Positions 1 to 12,932 of a DNA stretch of 64,000 bases are shown here, in pieces; the stretch's first letter is position 1, and every line of letters starts with the position of its first letter. The DNA comes from Eledone cirrhosa (lineage: Eukaryota): positions 42,346,001-42,410,000 of the forward strand of contig OZ024746.1 of NCBI GenBank assembly GCA_964016885.1. Reading direction: 5' to 3'. The notes under the pieces were generated by a model, which did not search any database, was not told the DNA's origin, and was given only the letters and a program-made list of their open reading frames with translations. The position numbers and the translations under genes are program-made.

Positions 1-653
1 GTATGATGTATTATAGTACTGACAGGAATAATTATATTCAAGGTCACTCTACAGACTTGATTTGCTCTACACCTTGGCTATATATATATATAAATGTGTA
101 TATATATATCCCATGCAAGCATCGTAATGTAGATGTAAAATGCTGCTGCTGTATGTGTGTTTGTACATATATATAACTGGACAGATGATTAGAAATTCTT
201 TGCAACCAATATAAGGTTTGTTTCATTTGATTCAAACTATGTTGTAACAAGAAGTTTTTTTTTTATTTCACTCATTGGGATAATCTTAGAACATTTTGAT
301 CACACAATTCAAACTTTTTGTAAGCAGTTACACACACACTGCATCACTCATACAGAACATGTCTGAAAAACATATGAAAAAATGCAAAGTATAATTTACA
401 ATTTGCAATTTTAATTTTTTACTTCATGAGCTCTATAAAATTCAGGCATTCCAGTTCCATTCTCAGACACACACTCACCCATACATATATAAACGGAACT
501 TCTTCCACGCAATTCATCATTTGTATCTATTTTCAACAAGATATGCTCCACGAACATTATCACTTCCTTCATAACTTCTCATGTTAGAGAACATCGTACA
601 TTATGTTATAGAAGCTGTATCACTTGTAATCTTTAGACTTTTATCCTTCCTAG

Positions 654-690
654 TCTTTCAACATGGGATCTATGAAGCTAAAAATGGATT
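654..690 (+). CDS. Candidate 37-nt internal micro-exon
   Basis: cttttatccttcctAG acceptor and GTGAGT donor; two frames open (SFNMGSMKLKMD or FQHGIYEAKNG). Confidence 0.25.
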
Positions 691-714
691 GTGAGTATCT
701 CTTATTTTATCGTA

Positions 715-870
715 GTTGATGTCACCCAGGTTAGCTTTAATCATGCAGACCTATAATCAAAGCATTCTTCTTTTTTCAGGCAGTTTATTTAGGATTACAT
801 TATACAATGTATTCTTCATGTTTAATTTGAGAGAGATTTGGTAACTTTTTCTAGCAGGACCAGTCAACTA
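715..870 (+). repeat. Unclassified old dispersed repeat (other copies near 8600-8750, 18180-18370, 40790-41470, 47645-49140)
   Basis: Shared motifs such as cagacctat.atcaaag.cattc, aggattacatta..caatgtat.cttc and gatttgg..gctatttctagc. Confidence 0.55.
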
Positions 871-1193
871 TTGTTATGTTTGTTGACTCTTTTAATATTT
901 TAAATAATCAATATAAAATCACCCTACAATTAATTTGGATTAAATCCCTTTTCTCATCAATACACAGTCACGGGATTAGATCTTAATTTTCTTTTTGTGT
1001 CAGATTATCACCATCCTTTCATTTGTTAAATCAGTTCATTAATGAATCCATATTTATTTCCTAATCTTTGTTTCAATTTTTTTTCAGCTAACTTTGTTAA
1101 GAAATTGATACAGGTTTTATGTTTTTATTTGTTTCAACAGTTTTTACGAATAAAAACTCATGCTTGGTGTGTAACATTATGTATAATTTTAAA

Positions 1194-1271
1194 GATTAAC
1201 TTTGCCTTTCATCCTTACGGGGTCGATAAAATAAAGTACCAGTACTGGCCTTGTGCCAAAAGTAGAAACAC
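1194..1271 (+). mobile_element. 5'-truncated octopod tRNA-SINE (family A) with 17-bp TSD
   Basis: Matches 3' half of the copies at 2201 and 29188; TSD ttatgtataattttaaa at 1177-1193 and 1272-1288. Confidence 0.85.
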
Positions 1272-1289
1272 TTATGTATAATTTTAAAA

Positions 1290-2195
1290 CTTATTTTGTG
1301 TCATTTCCTGTTTAGTAATCGATTTCTAATTTGTGTAAATTTTCAGATTTTTTAAGTTAAGATGTCAAAACATGATTGTTGCCAAATTGTAACACAAATG
1401 GCTGAGAACTTCAAGGAATCACAGTGCAGCATTGGTTTAAAAGCTTCCATCCTGGTGGATTCGATTGTGGAGATAAGGAAAGATATGGGCGTCTTTCTTT
1501 CATTGACAACGATGAATTGAAGGCTTTGGTGGAAGAAATCTTCCCACAACTGTTTGAGAACTTGCAGGAGAGCTAGATGTAAGCATTGGAACAATTTCAG
1601 ATCATTTGAAGAATGGGTGCCAAACAAATTGAATGAAACCCAGAAAATTCAGCATTAGGAAGTCTGTGCTTCACTTCTTTTGCACAACAAAAACAATCCA
1701 TTTCTTGATCTCATTTAACATGTAATGAAAAGTGGATACGATACAACTACCGACAATGGTCATCACAGTGATTGGGCCTAGATAAAGCTCCTAAACACTT
1801 GATAAAACTGAGGTTGTACCAAAAGATGGTTATGGTGACTGTTTGGTGGTTCACAACTGGATGAATCCACTACAGCATTTTGAAACAATCTCAGCACAGT
1901 AGTATATTCATGAAGTCAATGAAATGCATGAAAAATTACATGTGTGTCTAGCATTGATCAATAGAAAAGTCTCAACACTTTTGAGCATACATTGCACAAC
2001 CAATGGTTTGGAAGTTGATTGAATTGGGCTGTGAAACTCTACCTCATCCAGCACACTTACTAGATCCTTCACCAATCAACTACCATTTTTTCAAGCATTT
2101 TGACTATTTCTCAGAAAGAAAAGTCTTCAACAGCCAAAACACATCCTCAAAAAATATCTTCAAATAATTCTTCATATTCAGGATTTCAGAATTCT
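1290..2195 (+). pseudogene. Fossil mariner (Mos1/Hsmar-like) transposase
   Basis: Degenerate motifs WVPNKL (cf. WVPHEL), CNEKW (cf. GDEKW), KMVMVTVWW and PHPAHLLDPSPINYHFF (cf. YSPDLAPSDYHLF), with stops and frameshifts. Confidence 0.85.
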
Positions 2196-2200
2196 ATAAT

Positions 2201-2382
2201 TGTTTCTACTTTTGGCACAAGGCCAGTAATTACCCAGTACATTACTGGTACTTTATTTTATCGACCCCGTAAGGATGAAAGGCAAAGTTAACCTCGGCGG
2301 GATTTGAACTCAGAATGGCAAGGGCCGTAACTCTATATGTCAAAGCATGGCATCCGACCCTCTACCAACACTGCCAATATGC
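2201..2382 (-). mobile_element. Octopod tRNA-derived SINE family A
   Basis: B-box gagttcaaatccc; shared core ctttgcctttcatccttacggggtcgataaaataaagtaccag. Confidence 0.85.
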
Positions 2383-3046
2383 AGATTCTAATGGTTATTA
2401 TTTCAATCAATTATTTCAATCAATAAAGCTTATTCTGGACTGAATTATGTAGTTGGAGTTAATTTTTAAATAATCTGATAGTTTGAGATTCCTCTTCAAA
2501 CTAGATATGATGTTGATACATTTCTGTAGACAATGTTCAGAGTAGTATACAAGAAGAGACCTCACTCATGAAAAAAATTCAACTAAACTATAACTGATTC
2601 TAAGAATTCTGCTATTTTTCTAAATGTACCAATGCCAAAACAAATAGATCTAGATTAATCTTTAAAGGATTTATGTCAAAGATGATACAATACTAATTGT
2701 GCTTTATAAAATATACTGCTTCTGTTAAATAATGGCCATAACTGTTTCTTTAAAGATTTCTTTTACACCATGGCATTTGATTTAGAGGTTTCCAGTGCCA
2801 AATACATCATAATCCTGAACTTATGTATTTGAAACCTTCTAAGTAAGAAATTTTTAAAACTGATAAAGATGCCACACTAAAGTATTACTATTCCATGGTC
2901 AAATCTTTTTTAATTACTAAACGTAAGATATGTGTGTGTATTCAAGTTTCTATATACATATGAGAAGTATAATTTAATTTTAAAATTCTATGAAAGTTTT
3001 GCACTTCCTGTATAATTATTTGATTTTGTACTCTAATTTACATTTA

Positions 3047-3472
3047 TTAAACGCTCTGACACCAAACTGCCTAAATTACCACACGTTCTATGATACAAAG
3101 CCAATTACCTTAAACTATTCATATTAAAATTTAAATTTCATCTCAATGTTATATATATGAAAATATAAGTTATATTTTTTTAAAAAGCTTAAGAACAAGA
3201 TTCTTCATTATATTCAAAATTATTTGAAAATCTTAGGCAATATTCTTCATTAATAATTGTTTTTACTTTTGACACTAGGCCAGAAATTATACCAGTGCAT
3301 TACTGGTATATTATTTTTTTTGTTGACCCCGTAAGGAAAAGTTAACCTCGGCGGGATTTAAACTCAGACCATAAAGGAGCGTAACTCTTGGCTGCAGAGC
3401 ATGGCGTCTGACCCTCTACCGATACTGCCAATCCATTGCCCTTCATTAGTAATATAGTAAAGAAAGGATTAA
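3047..3472. mobile_element. TTAA-flanked piggyBac-like MITE relic interrupted by a family A SINE (3258-3440)
   Basis: Similar to copies at 12728-12932, 41510-41737 and 56943-57182; SINE TSD cttcatta(a/g)taat at 3245-3257 and 3441-3453. Confidence 0.6.
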
Positions 3473-4145
3473 TGAATATTGACATGTTCCGTTCCTAATC
3501 CAATTTGATTTTTATTTATTGTTTTTTATGTGTGGCTGTGAACATGAGTCCATATATGCAATTCATTATATAAATATGTCTGTTTGTGTGTAGGAGTATG
3601 TAAGCCTTTGTCTTTACAAACAGGGAAAAAATACTCAATATATAAATTAAAGTGTGTAGATTTTATTAGAATTTGAAAACTAATTGTAACTCTGAAGTTC
3701 ATGTTCCCATTATTTGAACAATTGACGTAGAAAAACAGCATGCTAATATATAGAGAAAAATAAATATTCACAAATACATTTATTTAAAAAAATTAAAAAT
3801 TTACCAGAAAGAGCAACCTCCTTGCTTACTTGTGTTTTATACACATGGTGCTAAAGTCATGAAACATGTTTTTGCATGTGAATAGGTGAAAATATCACAT
3901 TCTAAGCATAGTAATGAATAGATGTTTGTATGATGCATTCTCTAACATTCTTTTTGGCAACCGATCAAATTGCCATGTTCTGTTGGTTAATAATATTTAA
4001 ATGTCTTTGTGAATATTTTTGTTTACATATTGTGATGCTGTTTCCCTACTTCAATCATTTGAACAATTGGAAATGTGACACTTGGCGAGACAATTTGGGA
4101 ATCTTCGTCTTCTAATAGTATGTGTATTATATATATATATATATT

Positions 4146-4500
4146 CTTTTATTCTTTAATTGGCTTCAGCCATTTGACTGTGACCATACTAGGGCACCAA
4201 CATGAATGGATTTAGTCGATCATATCAACCCCAGTATTTATGTTTCAAAGTCTGGTACTTATCTTATCGTTCCCTTATTGTAAGACCTCTAAGTCATGGA
4301 ACATAAAAAACAGTAAATGTAAACACAGACATGGACACACACATACATATATATATAACTATATATATGATCGGCTTCTACAGAGTTTGCATCTCGAAAA
4401 TTTAACTCAATCTGAGGCTATAATAGAAGACACTTGCTGAAGGTGTAATGCAGTGGGACTGAATCATCCAAAAACACATGGCTGTGAAGCTACTTTCTTG
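4146..4500 (-). mobile_element. Octopod SINE (second tRNA-derived family) with internal (CA/TA)n
   Basis: Motifs gacacttgc..aaggtg..atgcagtgggactgaa and ctggtacttat..tatcg typical of octopus SINEs (recognised from memory). Confidence 0.6.
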
Positions 4501-5576
4501 GTTAATTAATTATGAGTTAATCTACTATGATGTCTGAAATTTTTCTCGTGTTTTGTTTTCTTATATTTCCAAAGGTCATTAAATAAAATTGCCATCGTAT
4601 ACAAAAGACAAATTTCATTTAATCAAAGAAAAATATCAATTCAAGTTGAAATAAACAAAAAAAAAGAAAACAATTAACTTTTTGTCTTCAACACATGTAT
4701 AAAATATGATACTTATTCGATTTTATTGAAAACTACCCAACATTGAATTTTTCTGTCTGACTAAATGGAAGTTATTTAAGTCAGATTAGTAAACAAAAGA
4801 AATAACTTGGAAAATTAACTTTAGCTGCACTAATAATTTTACATAAAAATGTCTTTATTTTATGTGAAATATGTTCTGCTTTGTTGGTTACATTATTAAA
4901 GGCAATTCAATTATATTATAAGCTCAGTATCTTAAATTCCCCTCTGAACATATTCTGTTATCTAAAACATAGTTATTAAAGCCAAAGTAAATTAAGTGAC
5001 AAATGCTTTTGTTTTCCTCAAGTCCTCATGGTTATAGCCCTATTGTAAAGCAGAGAAGACAGGAATTGATTTCAGAAATATCTTGTAGCCTGTACTCCTT
5101 AATGGGAATGGGGATTCAAATATATGCTAATAAATACTGGAAATGTTTGGAGTGCTGAAAAACAGTATATTTAAAGTAATGCATAAATTGTGTATTGCAA
5201 GTAGTAAAGAGGAAAGACAGAATATTTAACATGGAACTTCAATACAGTAGGTTTATATTTAGAATACATAACTAAATAGTAGAAACTATAAAAAGAAATA
5301 GTTGTTGATAAGAACAGATTTATATGTATTATTTATCAAAATAGAATACTCTGTATTTTTGTAATATTGTATCTTAAAGAATAGAGACACTACTTTTTAA
5401 AGATATATTAGGAATAAGATCCAATTTATTATCTTTTATGTATGTACTTATGGATGTAATTAAAGAGAGAATATTCATAAATGTATCCTGTTTTTCTTCT
5501 GCTTTCTTAAAATATTTACTGTTGTGATATAATATTGTTTTGTTGACAGGACAATGAGATATTGACATATTTAATA

Positions 5577-6463
5577 GATAATATGATAATGATAATCCAG
5601 GAAAGGCTTTGATAAGAAGATAATGTGATAATGATATCCCAGGAAATGTTTGGTTAACAGATAATGTGATAATGATATCCCAGGAAATGTTTGGTTAACA
5701 GATAATGTGATAATGATATCCCAGGAAATGCTTGGTTAACAGATAATGTGATAATGATATCCCAGGAAATGTTTGGTTAACAGATAATGTGATAATGATA
5801 TCCCAGGAAATGTTTGGTTAACAGATAATGTGATAATGATATCCCAGGAAATGTTTGGTTAACAGATAATATGATAATGATATCCCAGGAAATGCTTGGT
5901 TAACAGATAATGTGATAATGATATCCCAGAAATGTTTGGTTAACAGATAATGTGATAATGATATCCCAGGAAATGTTTGGTTAACAGATAATATGATAAT
6001 GATATTCCAGGAAAGATTTTATTAATTGATAATGAGATATCATTCCAGGAAAAGATTGGTTAAATAATAATGAGATAATGTCATTCCAGGAAAGAATTAT
6101 TGTACTGATAATGAGATAATGTCATTTTAGGAAAAGATTAATGTACTGGTAATGAGATAATGTCATTCTATGAAAGGATTAGTGTACTGATAATGAGATA
6201 ATGTCATTTTTGGAAAGGATTAGTGTACTGATAATTAGATAATGTCATTCTAGTAAAGAAGTGCCTAACTGATAATGTGATGATGGCTTTCCAGAAAAGG
6301 TTTTGTGAAGGTAATGTGATGAGAGCATTCAATGAAATGTTTTCTTAAAGTTATGTGATAATGGCCTTCCAAGAAAGGCTTTGCTAACAGACTATATGAT
6401 AAAAACATTCCAGAAAAGGTTTTCTTTTAACGATAATGTGATAATGACGTTCCAGGAAAGGTT
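5577..6463. repeat. 41-bp tandem minisatellite, about 22 copies
   Basis: Unit gataatgtgataatgatatcccaggaaatgtttggttaaca at 5660, 5701, 5742 and onward; diverging variants towards 6463. Confidence 0.95.
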
Positions 6464-8764
6464 GTTATTTTTTTAATTTGATTTAAATCTATAGTCATGA
6501 ATTGATATACGTGACATAGAAGTGAAATAGATGAATTGTGAAAATTTTTAATCTACTACAAGCATTTCATTGCTCCTTTTTAGCAGTACAATTGATTTAC
6601 TCTTGTATGAAAAATGAGCAACCAATTACCTGTAATGCTATATGTGATATATCATTTATTTAACACCATGAAATTGGAGCTGCTTAGCAATAGCTCTTGA
6701 GTCACTCTTTGTGCTTTTACAGAGATCTACATTTACATGATATAAAAGACCATCTTAAAAACAATTTTTTTCTTTACTCTTAATAGTTACAAATAGCAAA
6801 TATGTAAAGACAAGTTATATTTATTAAAATGGGGTGTTTTGCATGAGAGAGGCTACAAGTTGCATACAACTTGCATAATCGATGCTAAGAGAGTCATCTG
6901 TTCACATTGCAAAGTGGTTATCTCTTGAAATGTCACTCAGGTTTTATGAACAGGAATAATGATGAATTTTATATATAGTTGGCAAGGGGTGAAGCAAACC
7001 CACTATTGACTTCGGAAGATATATATGTCACAACTCCCTTGATCTTTAAATATGAGGGTTTATATTGATGCAAGAAATCATAATGTATATTTGGGATTTA
7101 AATGTTTTGAGTTTCCTCTAGCACTCACAAGCATGGAATAAATTAAAACTTTATAAAGTGTTTTTGTTTGTTATTCTACAACTATTCTTTTCTTATAGTC
7201 CAAAAATGATAGTAAAATTGCTACAAGGCACAATGACATCCTGACAAAGATATCTGCATTTCTTTAGGAATAACAAAAATGATTTTAGCTTGAGATACTC
7301 CCTTCGTTGTAAGACTAGATTTATTAATTTTTTAAATAAATTATTTTCTGATATTTTTGTCATTTGTTGCCTTCTCTTACTACTCTTGTATAAACATTCA
7401 TTCTACTTTTTAAACCTCATTTCTTGTACCATACAAAAACACAATTAACTTCAGTGCTACAATCAATCTCTGGTGTTTTTTAAAAATTATGCTGAGATAT
7501 TGTCACAAAGAAGTCTTCATTTGGAAATTCTGTCACACAGGCATAAAAAAAATTGTAAATTATTTAATTGTTATAATTTTGTTCAACATAAAATTAAAAT
7601 GATTGTTTTTTCACTCATGTCATCGTATGACTTTTATTAAACATTATCAATATTTATCTTGCGTAATAGATTCTGTCATCAAACCTGCTTAATGTTTATT
7701 TACCCATCAATAAGTTGTTTCCTTACGGAGAATATAAGCTGTAAGATTTGACTTTTTCCTGAACATTTTTCACAAAAGTAAAGTGGAATGGCTACACGCA
7801 GAACTTGATCATAAATTTAACTGAACCACTCAGCATTGCCTGTCATAACATTTTGTTACTAAAGTAAATTTTCCAACTGTTTAAAAATTATTTTCAGTAA
7901 TATATATTCAAATGAAGGAATCCATGTTTGGTTATAATTATTCAGATATGTAAGAAATTCACATAACTACGTTTTAGCCAGCATATAAAACCATATAAAA
8001 TAATTCCCATGAGACTACAGCAAATAAACTCTAAATACCTTAACTTCAAAGGTTTTATAGGTCCTTCCATAACATTTACTGCCAATTGAAGTCACTAAAA
8101 TGTATTTCTTTAACAACATATAACTATTAACATTTGTCAGCTATAAGGGTTCACCAAACCAAATATGTGACTCTGTTTCAATCTTTTTTACTTCAAATAT
8201 ATTATTAATATTCTTGAGAAAGGCAAACATTTTACACAATCTCATTAATCTGTAAGTATATACTATGTAAGACATCAACATTTCAGCAATCTGCTATTAT
8301 TACTCACACACACACATGTGCACATACATATCTGTATGCATATATATATATTATTCCTTTACATGATTTCTTATAAACCTATTTGTCTTACCAAAGTAAA
8401 ATCAAAATGATATGAAAGAAAATTTATAAATTTGCATTTCAAAGATCAGCTAGGATTTTCTATTTAAGATCTTGTTGTTGTCTATCAAATCAATCTTTGT
8501 GTGGTTGGAACTGAATTTTTATGTCTTAGAGTGTCTCTGTGTGTATTCAGCAGCTTGAAGCAAAAGTTGTAACAAGCTTGAGTTAATAATAAAGCCTCTC
8601 ATCAGGTAAACAATAGCAGTCAAATTTCCCTCAAATCAAAATCCACCATCTAAAGAAAGGAAGAAAACATTTGAAATGTAGTCATAGATACTTTTAAAAT
8701 GACAAGATGGACATGAGCAGAAAGTATTTACTCATATGATTTTTACAGGATTTAGTCTATAGCT

Positions 8765-10435
8765 GTATCGATGGGCTTTGCAGGCCCATTGAGATCAGTG
8801 AGATTGACACAGCTAATGTTCCTCTTGAACATTTGCAAGTCAATAGCAGGAATGTCTGGTGCAGGGACGGATTTCAAGAAGGTAGAAATTTAGGGAAAGA
8901 AGGACTAAGTATAGTGGTTAGTGTGGGATCTGGCGATAGGCATAATATGGGTGACCAGGGAAGAGACAGGTAATTTGGATGTTCCTGAATGGAAGTTGTA
9001 TGAGACAAGTCAGTTCAAAAAAGTAAAGTTCACTGTTTGTAAGGCAGAAAGAGGAGACAGCATGGCCGTGGTCCAGAGGTTAGATTGTGTCAGCAATTTC
9101 TTGCTAATCAATCGAGTGACATTTTTGTGGTTGCAGTTTAGGATGTCTATGTGTGTTGTAGTAAGACTACTCAAGATGTAGGAGCAGTACTCTATTTTGG
9201 GTTTGACTTAAAGAATTAGTATTTCTTAGGTGCTTAAGTATGTTTTGGATCTGTAGAGGAGACCAAGTCTTTGTAATACAGCATTAGCTATGTTCATGAT
9301 GTTACCCATCAGTAGTAATACTCCTTGTTGATGGGGTTTAGCATTTTTAGTAACTTTATGGAATCTAATTGTTTAGGTGGGTCAATTATACGGTTTTCAT
9401 TATATGTGCTGTGACTGTATATTTGTGTCGTGTTGAAGGAGGCAAAATTAACATGATATTTTTGAGATCTTTGTTTATGGAGTCAGTGCATATTGAGCAT
9501 GGGCTGTTTAGGTTACATGTAGATGTTTAAGTGCAGACTATTAAGGAGAAATGAATGTGGTCACATTTGCTGATGACTAGGAATTGTTGGAAGTGACAGC
9601 AAATAGACTGTTGAAGGTTGTTGATGTATGGAAAAAGAGTGTAGGGGAAAAATCCATAACTTGGAGCAGAATTGACAGAGAGAGCTCTATAAGTACACAC
9701 TGAGTTGACAGAAGAATTTTAATCTAAAGGAGAAAAGAGGGATGGCGCCCATAAGCAGGCAGTTTTGAAATGAGATTTGCAAGCTAGGCACAGATCAAAG
9801 CTTTGTTGATGTTAATGACATCACAGCTGCTTTTTCCAAATTTCTCTAGCATGAGAGACCACTAGAAAATAACATAGGAGAAGAGGTGCCCAGTAGATTT
9901 AGCTTTACAAAAATAGTACTGGTCCTTATTATGGAGGGAGAGAGAGAGAGAGAGATCCATGGTATTAGAGAATGTTGTTGTTAATGGCTGTCTCCATCAC
10001 TGTTGAGAAATTGGTAGTGATTATGATAGGACAGTAGTTGGCAGTGTCAGAGGGTTGCCCTTCTTAGGAATATGACACACTGTAGCATGTTTCCAAAGAT
10101 AAGGATATATCCTTGTAGAAAGGGGAAGGGTTGCTTATAGAACCACCATGGTTAAGAAGTTGAGGAAAGGAAGAGTCCACAAGGTTGGTAGCAATGCTTT
10201 TGGCAAGGCACCAAAATGAGATTTGCAGTACTAAATTTAAAATGAAAACAGTGTTATTAGGGGTGGATAACATTTTGCAAGCTCTTACAGTGTAGCTATG
10301 AGTGAACAAATCAGGAGATATGCGGCGATGAGTTTTGGTTATGTGTAGAATGTGAAAGGATATGCCTAAGATGGTTGTATCAATCATCTAATGTTACCAG
10401 GGATAGTTAGGTTCTAACAACTGATTTTGAGCCTG
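8765..10435 (-). mobile_element. Fossil Jockey/CR1/L2-type LINE, RT region to 3' end
   Basis: Minus-strand relic motifs KKG..DTANYCPI (cf. NYRPISL), DINKAF and VKPKIEYCS, with many stops. Confidence 0.75.
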
Positions 10436-11785
10436 GAAAACCAATATTCTATAAAAAAAAAAAAGCATGTTATTTTCTGATTATGTTTACATAAAACTGT
10501 TCTTATTAAATTATTAAGATGATTTGAATGCGCAAACAAAATCATTTTAGCAAAAAGTAATGGTAATCCCTATACATTCAATATATTATATAGAAATATT
10601 TTAAAAGTTATTTCACAAGAATTCAGTATCTCTTTTCATATATGGTGTAAAATATTTAAAAATAGCATAGGCAACATGAATGTTGGGTGACTAAGCTGAA
10701 TTTCTGACAAATGTTTAGAAAGATTTGAAATATTCCTTTAAATTTATTTTAAGAATATATAAGCCTGAAAATGTCTAATCATGTCAAACATAACAACTGT
10801 TACCATCATTTAAATGTTCTTGCTATATAAAAGGTGCATGATATTTTCTTCCTGACATATCTGTCAGATATTTGAATTTCTGTTATCTGAAACTTCATAT
10901 TCCATTGAAACATGAGTTTCAATTAATTTATTTTATTCAATAAATTCTTACTTCTTGTTGAATATTGCTTTTCTCAATAATGATAAGAATATTTTTATGT
11001 ACAGTTTCTTTGCTTTACTTATTCAAAATGATAGGCTGTAGTTACCAACTAAAAAATTGCATTTTCGAGATGCAAGATAGTTCAGTTTATATTAATTCTC
11101 CTGTTCTTATGTAGTCTCTACAATATGTGAAACCAACTTCCACATCATTTGTTAGGGATTGCAGCCTGCATGGTTTTATATGTATACATTCTATCTTGAC
11201 ATGATTAGTATTAAGAAAAATAATATTTACAGACTAAATGATTTATTAATTAACCATGTAGCCAAAATCGCCTTCTTATCTATATTTTAAAAAATTCTGT
11301 ATACACACTACATATGTAATATATCAGAGCATCTGTGAGTCCTGCACAGTAAAAGGTATGAGGAGTGGTCATTTGCATTGTTGCACCTCAGACCAAACAT
11401 CTATATTGAATTTAATGTAAGAAAAGGTTGACATTTTTGCTGATGTATGTTTGTTAATGTAATATTGCATACACAATTGCTGTTCAGTTTCATTACATTC
11501 TAGCAGCAGTACTAAGCTTTGCCTGGATTTATATTTATGGAAATTATCTGAAAATGTCACATAGCCTATGACATTTTTCTTGACAAGAATGTGTGTCTAT
11601 TGAAAACCTTCAGCTATGTAGGTTTAAATTAATTACCTATTACTTGGAGCATACATACATTCACTTTCATGTTATATTCTTTTTCAGTTACTTTCATGTT
11701 ATATTCTTTTTCAGTTAATAATGTATTCCTTTATTGTAATACAATCAAGGGGGCCGGTGGAAGGTTTATGATAGATACTATAGGG

Positions 11786-12124
11786 CAGTGGTTCTCAAAC
11801 GTTTTGGGCCACCGCCCCCCCCCCCCCCCCCTCATGGCCACGTAATGCTCTCAGCACCCCCAACCCTATTTCCAGAGAGACCTGCCTACACGCAAATTGT
11901 AAATAATATATAAATAAAATCGTTAATTTGTATATAATAAATAATATATATAATATGTATAAATAAATATTAAATATTTTTTTATTTTACTATATTTATG
12001 TGTATCATTTGATATTTAGCATACTATTATATCATCTCTCTATCCACTGCCGCCTTAAGCCCCAGCCCCCTCCCAGACTTTCTCAATGTGCTCCTGGGGG
12101 CGGTACCCACTTTGAGAACCTCTG
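11786..12124. mobile_element. Non-autonomous hAT (Charlie/Buster-like) MITE, 339 bp
   Basis: TIRs cagtggttctcaaa / tttgagaacctctg; perfect 8-bp TSD ctataggg at 11778-11785 and 12125-12132. Confidence 0.92.
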
Positions 12125-12727
12125 CTATAGGGTATCTGGATACAGAAGGATGTGACTTTACTTTCTTGACATATTTCTTTTTACATCATCTCTGAGGAGG
12201 GTTTACAAAATTACCAAATTTGAAATAAGGTTTTTAGTTTTTACTTATTAATTTGGTGAGTTTATAAGATTAATATTCAGCTGGAAATATTACTGGAAAG
12301 TTGTTAAGAGAAAAACAGGTGTGGAAGGTGTTTTATAAAACAACTCTTCATAGTGTTGAGTGTGGTCTATGTATTGCAAAAAGTTTTAATTTTAAAAGTA
12401 ACTAAAGTAATCACTTTCCATTATTTTAAACTTGTGGTGAATTTTATGCAGATGACCTTCTAATTTTGCCATTGTCACATGTTAATCTAACTAATCAGGA
12501 AGTTTGATCAGAGATAATGTTTCCTACTCAATAGCTAGTGGTCTATGGAGCTTAGTTTTAACTATATAAAAAAGTTAGAGAAATATTTTCACTCCTTTGA
12601 GTCTTTTGTGTGGCACCAGATTAGTTGACCAGATTATTTTCTGTCTCCTCTCTGACCCTCTTAGTGGTAACAGGAACTCTACACTAGTTGTTTGACTTGT
12701 TTAGCTTCAATAAAATCATTTCAATTA

Positions 12728-12932
12728 TAACACTTTTGACACTAAATCGCCTGAAACTGCTCATGGTTCTTCAATACAAAGCTATTATATTTATCTATTG
12801 TTCCAAACACCAGTTAAATAAAGAGATAATTAGTTATATCATTAAATCCCTCAAAATTCTTGATTAATTTCAAAAGGATTTGGAAATCATAGGTAGTGTA
12901 TTTTCATTAAAAATATGGTAATCAAAAGGTTG
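12728..12932. mobile_element. piggyBac-like MITE relic (same family as 41510)
   Basis: Reverse-complement similarity to the 41510-41737 termini. Confidence 0.5.

Noticed and set aside
44-700. Possible hairpin 44-260 vs 490-700 (and 2530-2580 vs 2980-3030)
   Set aside because: Only short scattered seeds, not distinguishable by eye from AT-rich noise
1194-2382. Inverted SINE copies flanking the mariner, as if TIRs of a composite transposon
   Set aside because: The left copy has its own 17-bp TSD, so the insertions are independent
5577-6463. CRISPR-like regular repeat
   Set aside because: No unique spacers, eukaryotic context and no cas genes; it is a minisatellite
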